Below are positions 48,917-59,885 of a stretch of 64,000 bases of DNA, in pieces. The notes under the pieces were generated by a model. It searched no databases and was not told where the DNA came from. It saw nothing but the letters and a program-made list of their open reading frames with translations. The stretch is from Nemertoderma westbladi (taxonomy: Eukaryota > Animalia > Xenacoelomorpha), in the NCBI GenBank assembly GCA_032718475.1, contig JAUCBJ010004893.1, forward strand, positions 186,001 through 250,000, read 5' to 3'. Made by a program: the position numbers and the translations under genes. Position 1 is the stretch's first letter. Each line of letters begins with the position of its first letter.

Positions 48917-49179
48917 CTGGATAGGAAATACAAACAATTCAAATAATATCTGGCGTAGGTTAAGTTAAGTACAATCTCACCCACATACTAACGTACGAAA
49001 GGATATAAGGCCTGATCACAAATAGTGTTGGTAATTCAACAAAACAAACACATTATTTTCCATACAAATCTTAATGAGATGATGGGGGCGGTGTCTCAGA
49101 ATTTTGAGATACGATATTCCATGACAGATTAAATCTGGGTCCATAGCGATCATATCAAAATATAGGTAACTGTCAGATA

Positions 49180-49968
49180 CTACTACTACTATTGACATCA
49201 ATGTTGTATAGAGTCTGATTGGAGATGTGTGCATTGTACTTGACACAATGAACCCGGTGTAGCATTCTTGTGAAAGTGACATCCAGAGATTTGGTATCCT
49301 CAGCAGTTAGAGCCCAGCATTGACTCCCATATATGAGTACAGGTACCACTGCTGCTCTAAATAATCGAACCTTAAGGTTCCGTTTTATTCTATGAGATTT
49401 CCAAATCCTGGACAGACTATTTAACACTGCCCATGCCTTCCCCTTACGTATCCGATTCACCAGACTTTCTGATCGGTGATCCCAAGTAGCAGAAGTCATC
49501 CACGTGCTCAAGCAAGCCTTCCCTAGAGCTTATGCCCTTACGATCAGGCATTTCTTGAGGGCTGTCTAGGTTGACTGTCATGATTTTGGTCTTTTTGTAG
49601 TTTACAAAAAAACCAAGACTAGAAGCAACCTGTTCCAATGAGCAGAGGAGCCATTGGGCTCCCTCTAGTGATACCGAGAGTATTCCTAAGTCATCAACAA
49701 AGTGAAGATACCATCACCCCATCATCATTATGATGGTCTAAGGACATGCGTAGAACATTATGAACCACAATTACGAATAAGAATGGTGCAAGTGTGTCAT
49801 CCTGAAGATAGATAGATAAACTCTTTTATTATCGATATGGTGAATATATATATAAATTGCACCAGGCAGTCGATTTAAAATAATTATGTTGTATAGCTTT
49901 GCAGCAATCGACATCAACGAGATTCCTCGAAAAGATCCATGGGTTGCCCTTCTTTGGGGCTGGGACCA
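49180..49968 (-). mobile_element. RTE copy 4 (diverged), internally deleted, 3'-truncated, followed by (TAG)4
   Basis: Minus strand: PAPKKGN...FRGISLMSIAAKLYN [gap] QDDTLAPFLF...HVDDFCYLGS...RLFRAAVVPVLIYGSQCWALT...QTLYNI. Confidence 0.9.
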
Positions 49969-49998
49969 ACTGCTCAGATACGGTCTGTCATACTCATA

Positions 49999-52900
49999 GT
50001 GTCGGATACTCAGCTATGACTCACCCACTACGGCTCCTATCTCAGCCAATATCGGATACTCAGCTATGACTCACCCACTACGGCTCCTATCTCAGCCAGT
50101 GTCGGATACTCAGCTATGACTCACCCACTACGGCTCCTATCTCAGCCAATATCGGATACTCAGCTATGACTCACCCACTACGGCTCCTATCTCAGCCAAT
50201 ATCGGATACTCAGCTATGACTCACCCACTACGGCTCCTATCTCAGCCAATATCGGATACTCAGCTATGACTCACCCACTACGGCTCCTATCTCAGCCAGT
50301 GTCGGATACTCAGCTATGACTCACCCACTGCGGCTCCTATCTCAGCCAATATCGGATACTCAGCTATGACTCACCCACTACGGCTCCTATCTCAGCCAGT
50401 GTCGGATACTCAGCTATGACTCACCCACTGCGGCTCCTATCTCAGCCAATATCGGATACTCAGCTATGACTCACCCACTACGGCTCCTATCTCAGCCAGT
50501 GTCGGATACTCAGCTATGACTCACCCACTGCGGCTCCTATCTCAGCCAATATCGGATACTCAGCTATGACTCACCCACTACGGCTCCTATCTCAGCCAGT
50601 GTCGGATACTCAGCTATGACTCACCCACTGCGGCTCCTATCTCAGCCAATATCGGATACTCAGCTATGACTCACCCACTACGGCTCCTATCTCAGCCAAT
50701 GTCGGATACTCAGCTATGACTCACCCACTGCGGCTCCTATCTCAGCCAATATCGGATACTCAGCTATGACTCACCCACTACGGCTCCTATCTCAGCCAAT
50801 ATCGGATACTCAGCTATGACTCACCCACTACGGCTCCTATCTCAGCCAATATCGGATACTCAGCTATGACTCACCCACTGCGGCTCCTATCTCAGCCAAT
50901 ATCGGATACTCAGCTATGACTCACCCACTGCGGCTCCTATCTCAGCCAATATCGGATACTCAGCTATGACTCACCCACTGCGGCTCCTATCTCAGCCAGT
51001 GTCGGATACTCAGCTATGACTCACCCACTACGGCTCCTATCTCAGCTGAGTGTCGGATACTCAGCTATGACTCACCCACTACGGCTCCTATCTCAGCTGA
51101 GTGTCGGATACTCAGCTATGACTCACCCACTGCGGCTCCTATCTCAGCCAATATCGGATACTCAGCTATGACTCACCCACTGCGGCTCCTATCTCAGCCA
51201 ATATCGGATACTCAGCTATGACTCACCCACTGCGGCTCCTATCTCAGCCAGTGTCGGATACTCAGCTATGACTCACCCACTACGGCTCCTATCTCAGCCA
51301 ATATCGGATACTCAGCTATGACTCACCCACTGCGGCTCCTATCTCAGCCAATATCGGATACTCAGCTATGACTCACCCACTGCGGCTCCTATCTCAGCCA
51401 ATATCGGATACTCAGCTATGACTCACCCACTGCGGCTCCTATCTCAGCCAATATCGGATACTCAGCTATGACTCACCCACTACGGCTCCTATCTTAGCCA
51501 GTGTCGGATACTCAGCTATGACTCACCCACTGCGGCTCCTATCTCAGCCAATATCGGATACTCAGCTATGACTCACCCACTGCGGCTCCTATCTCAGCCA
51601 ATATCGGATACTCAGCTATGACTCACCCACTACGGCTCCTATCTCAGCCAATATCGGATACTCAGCTATGACTCACCCACTACGGCTCCTATCTTAGCCA
51701 GTGTCGGATACTCAGCTATGACTCACCCACTGCGGCTCCTATCTCAGCCAATATCGGATACTCAGCTATGACTCACCCACTGCGGCTCCTATCTCAGCCA
51801 ATGTCGGATACTCAGCTATGACTCACCCACTACGGCTCCTATCTCAGCCAATATCGGATACTCAGCTATGACTCACCCACTACGGCTCCTATCTCAGCCA
51901 ATATCGGATACTCAGCTATGACTCACCCACTGCGGCTCCTATCTCAGCCAGTGTCGGATACTCAGCTATGACTCACCCACTGCGGCTCCTATCTCAGCCA
52001 GTGTCGGATACTCAGCTATGACTCACCCACTACGGCTCCTATCTCAGCCAATATCGGATACTCAGCTATGACTCACCCACTACGGCTCCTATCTCAGCCA
52101 ATATCGGATACTCAGCTATGACTCACCCACTGCGGCTCCTATCTCAGCCAGTGTCGGATACTCAGCTATGACTCACCCACTGCGGCTCCTATCTCAGCCA
52201 GTGTCGGATACTCAGCTATGACTCACCCACTACGGCTCCTATCTCAGCCAATATCGGATACTCAGCTATGACTCACCCACTGCGGCTCCTATCTCAGCCA
52301 GTGTCGGATACTCAGCTATGACTCACCCACTGCGGCTCCTATCTCAGCCAGTGTCGGATACTCAGCTATGACTCACCCACTACGGCTCCTATCTCAGCCA
52401 ATATCGGATACTCAGCTATGACTCACCCACTACGGCTCCTATCTCAGCCAGTGTCGGATACTCAGCTATGACTCACCCACTACGGCTCCTATCTCAGCCA
52501 GTGTCGGATACTCAGCTATGACTCACCCACTACGGCTCCTATCTCAGCCAATATCGGATACTCAGCTATGACTCACCCACTACCGCTCCTATCTCAGCCA
52601 ATATCGGATACTCAGCTATGACTCACCCACTACCGCTCCTATCTCAGCCAATGTCGGATACTCAGCTATGACTCACCCACTACGGCTCCTATCTCAGCCA
52701 ATATCGGATACTCAGCTATGACTCACCCACTACGGCTCCTATCTCAGCCAATGTCGGATACTCAGCTATGACTCACCCACTACGGCTCCTATCTCAGCCA
52801 ATATCGGATACTCAGCTATGACTCACCCACTACGGCTCCTATCTCAGCCAATATCGGATACTCAGCTATGACTCACCCACTACCGCTCCTATCTCAGCCA

Positions 52901-55900
52901 ATGTCGGATACTCAGCTATGACTCACCCACTACGGCTCCTATCTCAGCCAATGTCGGATACTCAGCTATGACTCACCCACTACGGCTCCTATCTCAGCCA
53001 ATGTCGGATACTCAGCTATGACTCACCCACTACGGCTCCTATCTCAGCCAGTGTCGGATACTCAGCTATGACTCACCCACTACGGCTCCTATCTCAGCCA
53101 GTGTCGGATACTCAGCTATGACTCACCCACTACGGCTCCTATCTCAGCCAATATCGGATACTCAGCTATGACTCACCCACTACGGCTCCTATCTCAGCCA
53201 ATATCGGATACTCAGCTATGACTCACCCACTACCGCTCCTATCTCAGCCAATGTCGGATACTCAGCTATGACTCACCCACTACGGCTCCTATCTCAGCCA
53301 GTGTCGGATACTCAGCTATGACTCACCCACTACGGCTCCTATCTCAGCCAATATCGGATACTCAGCTATGACTCACCCACTACGGCTCCTATCTCAGCCA
53401 ATATCGGATACTCAGCTATGACTCACCCACTACGGCTCCTATCTCAGCCAATATCGGATACTCAGCTATGACTCACCCACTACGGCTCCTATCTCAGCCA
53501 GTGTCGGATACTCAGCTATGACTCACCCACTACGGCTCCTATCTCAGCCAATATCGGATACTCAGCTATGACTCACCCACTACGGCTCCTATCTCAGCCA
53601 GTGTCGGATACTCAGCTATGACTCACCCACTACGGCTCCTATCTCAGCCAGTGTCGGATACTCAGCTATGACTCACCCACTACGGCTCCTATCTCAGCCA
53701 GTGTCGGATACTCAGCTATGACTCACCCACTACGGCTCCTATCTCAGCCAATGTCGGATACTCAGCTATGACTCACCCACTGCGGCTCCTATCTCAGCCA
53801 ATATCGGATACTCAGCTATGACTCACCCACTACGGCTCCTATCTCAGCCAATATCGGATACTCAGCTATGACTCACCCACTACGGCTCCTATCTCAGCCA
53901 ATGTCGGATACTCAGCTATGACTCACCCACTGCGGCTCCTATCTCAGCCAATGTCGGATACTCAGCTATGACTCACCCACTACGGCTCCTATCTCAGCCA
54001 GTGTCGGATACTCAGCTATGACTCACCCACTACGGCTCCTATCTCAGCCAGTGTCGGATACTCAGCTATGACTCACCCACTACGGCTCCTATCTCAGCCA
54101 ATGTCGGATACTCAGCTATGACTCACCCACTACGGCTCCTATCTCAGCCAGTGTCGGATACTCAGCTATGACTCACCCACTACGGCTCCTATCTCAGCCA
54201 GTGTCGGATACTCAGCTATGACTCACCCACTACGGCTCCTATCTCAGCCAGTGTCGGATACTCAGCTATGACTCACCCACTACGGCTCCTATCTCAGCCA
54301 GTGTCGGATACTCAGCTATGACTCACCCACTACGGCTCCTATCTCAGCCAGTGTCGGATACTCAGCTATGACTCACCCACTGCGGCTCCTATCTCAGCCA
54401 ATATCGGATACTCAGCTATGACTCACCCACTACGGCTCCTATCTCAGCCAATATCGGATACTCAGCTATGACTCACCCACTACGGCTCCTATCTCAGCCA
54501 GTGTCGGATACTCAGCTATGACTCACCCACTGCGGCTCCTATCTCAGCCAATATCGGATACTCAGCTATGACTCACCCACTACGGCTCCTATCTCAGCCA
54601 GTGTCGGATACTCAGCTATGACTCACCCACTACGGCTCCTATCTCAGCCAATATCGGATACTCAGCTATGACTCACCCACTACGGCTCCTATCTCAGCCA
54701 GTGTCGGATACTCAGCTATGACTCACCCACTACGGCTCCTATCTCAGCCAATATCGGATACTCAGCTATGACTCACCCACTACGGCTCCTATCTCAGCCA
54801 ATATCGGATACTCAGCTATGACTCACCCACTACGGCTCCTATCTCAGCCAGTGTCGGATACTCAGCTATGACTCACCCACTACGGCTCCTATCTCAGCCA
54901 ATGTCGGATACTCAGCTATGACTCACCCACTACGGCTCCTATCTCAGCCAGTGTCGGATACTCAGCTATGACTCACCCACTACGGCTCCTATCTCAGCCA
55001 GTGTCGGATACTCAGCTATGACTCACCCACTACGGCTCCTATCTCAGCCAGTGTCGGATACTCAGCTATGACTCACCCACTGCGGCTCCTATCTCAGCCA
55101 ATATCGGATACTCAGCTATGACTCACCCACTACGGCTCCTATCTCAGCCAGTGTCGGATACTCAGCTATGACTCACCCACTACGGCTCCTATCTCAGCCA
55201 ATGTCGGATACTCAGCTATGACTCACCCACTACGGCTCCTATCTCAGCCAGTGTCGGATACTCAGCTATGACTCACCCACTACGGCTCCTATCTCAGCCG
55301 AGTGTCGGATACTCAGCTATGACTCACCCACTACGGCTCCTATCTCAGCCAGTGTCGGATACTCAGCTATGACTCACCCACTGCGGCTCCTATCTCAGCC
55401 AATATCGGATACTCAGCTATGACTCACCCACTACGGCTCCTATCTCAGCCAGTGTCGGATACTCAGCTATGACTCACCCACTACGGCTCCTATCTCAGCC
55501 AGTGTCGGATACTCAGCTATGACTCACCCACTACGGCTCCTATCTCAGCCAGTGTCGGATACTCAGCTATGACTCACCCACTGCGGCTCCTATCTCAGCC
55601 AATATCGGATACTCAGCTATGACTCACCCACTGCGGCTCCTATCTCAGCCAGTGTCGGATACTCAGCTAAGACTCACCCACTACGGCTACTATCTCAGCC
55701 AATGTCGGATACTCAGCTATGACTCACCCACTACGGCTCCTATCTCAGCCAGTGTCGGATACTCAGCTATGACTCACCCACTACGGCTCCTATCTCAGCC
55801 AGTGTCGGATACTCAGCTATGACTCACCCACTGCGGCTCCTATCTCAGCCAATATCGGATACTCAGCTATGACTCACCCACTACGGCTCCTATCTCAGCC

Positions 55901-56164
55901 AATATCGGATACTCAGCTATGACTCACCCACTACGGCTCCTATCTCAGCCAATATCGGATACTCAGCTATGACTCACCCACTACGGCTCCTATCTCAGCC
56001 AGTGTCGGATACTCAGCTATGACTCACCCACTGCGGCTCCTATCTCAGCCAATATCGGATACTCAGCTATGACTCACCCACTACGGCTACTATCTCAGCC
56101 AATGTCGGATACTCAGCTATGACTCACCCACTACGGCTCCTATCTCAGCCAGTGTCGGATACTC
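49999..56164 (-). repeat. 50-bp tandem array, about 123 copies; amplified exon end plus 5' splice site (GAGTATCCGACACTGGCTGAGATAGGAGCCGTAGTGG|GTGAGTCATAGCT)
   Basis: The first unit on the minus strand is the last 37 nt of exon 56128-56267 plus 13 intronic nt. Confidence 0.97.
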
Positions 56165-56267
56165 CCAATTATAGGGACTCCCATAGACAACCTCAGCAAG
56201 AGACTTCAATGATTGGAGGACTTCGTAAGGACAATTTCGAATCATCCCAACCTTTCTGGCAACCAAT
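56128..56267 (-). CDS. Otoancorin/stereocilin-like gene, exon (absent from the ORF track)
   Basis: ctacag|(R)LVARKVGMIRNCPYEVLQSLKSLAEVVYGSPYNWEYPTLAEIGAVV G|gtgagt; supplies exactly the phase 2 to 1 link needed between the flanking exons. Confidence 0.88.
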
Positions 56268-56403
56268 CTGTAGACAATGGTGACAATTTAATTACAAATT
56301 TATAAAGTTAACTTGACTAAATAAACACTGTTTTAGGAGTTATATATATTAGAGATAAATAAAACCTATTATATAAAACACCAACACTAGTTATTCTACC
56401 AAC

Positions 56404-56699
56404 CTATACTCCTCCGCAGGTATGAGTTTTATATCAGCGGCCGATAAACCGCATATAATTTCCCCCATCGCAGCCAAATGATAACTTTTCAGTTTATCAA
56501 CTGTCACTTTTTGGTCTTTGAGGAATTTCTCTGCCATAAGTCTGGTATGCGTATCAGACCATTCGTAACTCGAGATATATTCAACCACGTCCAGATCTGA
56601 TAAGTCCAAATTACTGAGATCATTGGGAGATGCCACCGTTAACAGAGGCCCCAACTCGCCTATGTGCTGGGGTGTCCACTTTTCAACCCGACCCCACTC
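56404..56699 (-). CDS. Otoancorin/stereocilin-like gene, exon
   Basis: ttttttag|EWGRVEKWTPQHIGELGPLL...LAAMGEIICGLSAADIKLIPAEEY R|gttggt; family motifs G....W.......LG and L..hG..hCGL....I..I. Confidence 0.88.
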
Positions 56700-56834
56700 C
56701 TAAAAAAAACAATTCCCTAGAAGGCCTCCCAATAGACACAAAATGTTCGACCCGAATTCAGTTTATCAGATATGATTCTATATTGGTTATAAATGATATT
56801 AATAAGAAGATAAGGGGATCGCCTCCCCTTAGCC

Positions 56835-57739
56835 CCACCGCACCATCCCGTTGTAGATTAGCCACTAACCTGCACTGCGTTCTCTAACCCCTCCATCCCG
56901 TTGTAGATTAGCCACTAACCTGCACTGCGTTCTCTAACCCCACCATCCCGTTGTAGATTAGCCACTAACCTGCACTGCGTTCTCTAACCCCTCCATCCCG
57001 TTGTAGATTAGCCACTAACCTGCACTGCGTTCTCTAACCCCACCATCCCGTTGTAGATTAGCCACTAACCTGCACTGCGTTCTCTAACCCCTCCATCCCG
57101 TTGTAGATTAGCCACTAACCTGCACTGCGTTCTCTAACCCCTCCATCCCGTTGTAGATTAGCCACTAACCTGCACTGCGTTCTCTAACCCCTCCATCCCG
57201 TTGTAGATTAGCCACTAACCTGCACTGCGTTCTCTAACCCCACCATCCCGTTGTAGATTAGCCACTAACCTGCACTGCGTTCTCTAACCCCTCCATCCCG
57301 TTGTAGATTAGCCACTAACCTGCACTGCGTTCTCCCCACCGCACCATCCCGTTGTAGATTAGCCACTAACCTGCACTGCGTTCTCTAACCCCTCCATCCC
57401 GTTGTAGATTAGCCACTAACCTGCACTGCGTTCTCTAACCCCACCATCCCGTTGTAGATTAGCCACTAACCTGCACTGCGTTCTCTAACCCCTCCATCCC
57501 GTTGTAGATTAGCCACTAACCTGCACTGCGTTCTCTAACCCCACCATCCCGTTGTAGATTAGCCACTAACCTGCACTGCGTTCTCTAACCCCACCATCCC
57601 GTTGTAGATTAGCCACTAACCTGCACTGCGTTCTCTAACCCCTCCATCCCGTTGTAGATTAGCCACTAACCTGCACTGCGTTCTCCCCACCGCACCATCC
57701 CGTTGTAGATTAGCCACTAACCTGCACAGCGTTCTCTAA
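56835..57739 (-). repeat. 50/51-bp tandem array, 18 copies; amplified exon end plus 5' splice site (TTAGAGAACGCAGTGCAG|GTTAGTGGCTAATCTACAACGGGATGG...)
   Basis: The first unit on the minus strand is the end of exon 57722-58129. Confidence 0.97.
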
Positions 57740-58129
57740 CAGACTTTCCTTCTGTGAGTAGGTCCACGGCACGTCTAACCGACTCAGATAGCCGACGCAA
57801 GCATTGAAGTCCCCGGGCTCCATATCCCGGAGTTTGAAGGAGTCCCATATTGTGTTCCCGAAGCCCAGGGCCTTCATCTCCTGGCACTGTGGCCGGTGGT
57901 GCAGACTACGACGTCTTCGGGCACCCTTTCCTCTCATCACCCGGGTGTACGCCACGGCCACCGCCTCCCGACACTGCTGCACCCGTAGGCCGAGATTCTC
58001 CCGTCGCATCACCGGCTGCTCTACAGACAGGGCGTGTTGGCAACGCGATTCCCGTTCCAGACGCCGGTTCCGCTGTTCCATCGAACCGCCCAAGTTGAGT
58101 ATCGCTGGGGCGCGATTCGCAATAATTAC
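57722..58129 (-). CDS. Otoancorin/stereocilin-like gene, most upstream exon visible (5' boundary tentative)
   Basis: ...RRRRS...PQCQEMKALGFGNTIWDSFKLRDMEPGDFNACVGYLSRLDVPWTYSQKESLLENAVQ|gttagt; phase-0 join to the next exon. Confidence 0.85.
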
Positions 58130-59429
58130 CTTCAATGAAATAATATATAATTGCGCTGGAATTTAGGACGGGTCGACCCCAATTATTAGGTAATTAAATA
58201 GTAAGGCGATCGTAAGGTAGGTAAGGGACGGCGTTAAAGTGAAACACCTACCCACAATCCGGGGGGTGGGGGGGTGTGGGGGGTGTGGAGGGGGGTGGGG
58301 GGGGAGGGGGGGGTGGGGGGGGGGGGGGGGATGGCGGGAATGAACGTGATATTGATAAATTAGATCAGGTTGCTACTGTTAACTATAAACAGTTCATTTT
58401 CCTTTAGTGAGACAAAAAGATCCAATATGCATCCATGCTCGACCATCAGCAATCAGAAGTCGGGAATAAAAAACAAATAAAAGTTAACCTGTTTAACAAA
58501 AAGAGAACTAACTATAAAAACAAATTTCCGTTGATGTTAATGAATTCAAGTGGCTCTTATATTTTTGATTTTCAATTTAATAAAATGCATTTCATGGAGA
58601 TCAATAATGCACTCGTACAATATACAATGGTTCATTTCAATAACATCAGATTAGCTGAGAAAGTAAATAGGTAGTTAACAACGAATTGATTTGAATCATT
58701 TGGTCGCATAAACATAAATTGTATAACTGCCTTTAATGGCGTATTCAGTGTGCAACTGCATCATACGCCTGCATCGCACGTCTGAGTATAAGAAAATAAA
58801 ATATTATTATTCAATTATTAAGATAGTGGTGCGCATTCACCGCAATTAAAAAACGTTTACTCCGTTCAAAGTGGTCGCATATGAAATCATTATTGTTTTG
58901 TTTAGAAAATAGCGACACTGTAATCTGATCTTTTAAATTAAAACTAACCGCCCGATAAATTGGATGGCAATTTCAATTTCACAAATTATTATCAAATTAA
59001 GGATTATCATCTGAAATATAACTGTTCGGCGCTCCGAAAAATTTGAATTTTATTTAAATTTTTTGGAGCGCCGCTGATTCACAAATACCTTTGTTTGTTT
59101 ATAGCATTAATACATTTTATTACCATTATACTTTATTTTAGATCGTCATTATGAGTTTATTGCCTTACCGGGCTTCGGTCTATCTGCTGCATAATTATAT
59201 TCCTAATTAATGATACACCTGTGTTTCCTCCCTGGTTTATTAGGTCTCTTATAAGATTTATGTGCACCCCCCCCCCCCCCCCCCTTCCCCTCCCCTCTCG
59301 TGCCTATAATGCCCCCTCCCCCCGCCCCCTCGTGCCTATAATGCCCCCCCCCCACACACAAAAAAAAAAATTTCCACTGGTTATTCAGGTGTTAAAGAAT
59401 TTAGTAAAGTTGCAGTGAACATAGAATAC

Positions 59430-59705
59430 AAAACTCTTGAGGAAACCAAAGGCTCATCTCTCTTGGGTATTACCTATAAGACAAGTGGGCTGGCAGGGAA
59501 GGCCGCCACTCTAACTCCCAAGGGATGGGATACTAACTATCAGACAATATATTCAGTCACCCGCAGCAGAAGCCAAGGTTCCCATTGTGCCCCTTGGTTT
59601 GTATAAAGATGTAAAATTGTACGAAATGCATACAGTCTTTACTCGGATTTGAACCCTCGCCATCCGACACTATGGTGAAGGCAGTTCAGGCGCTGTATTA
59701 TTAAC
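59430..59705 (-). mobile_element. Probable tRNA-derived SINE
   Basis: B-box GGGTTCAAATCC on the minus strand at about 59645-59656, followed by a GC-richer body. Confidence 0.4.
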
Positions 59706-59885
59706 TGAGGTTTAATGGAATTACTAGTGTTTATCTCATTAATGTATATTTTTATTGACAACTGATGCAGATGATGGAAAAGTAAAGAGTATTCCGATCG
59801 ATATGGGTTTAATTTAAGATTATAATTTTGATAATTATAATTATGTGTGTCTCGTTATTCGATATAATATTTGCCGCAGTTACAA

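Noticed and set aside
58260-58332. Poly-G/C tracts (also near 8985, 10397, 18245, 32214, 59266) as functional G-quadruplex elements
   Set aside because: G4-capable in principle, but homopolymer lengths are unreliable and there is no consistent positional pattern.
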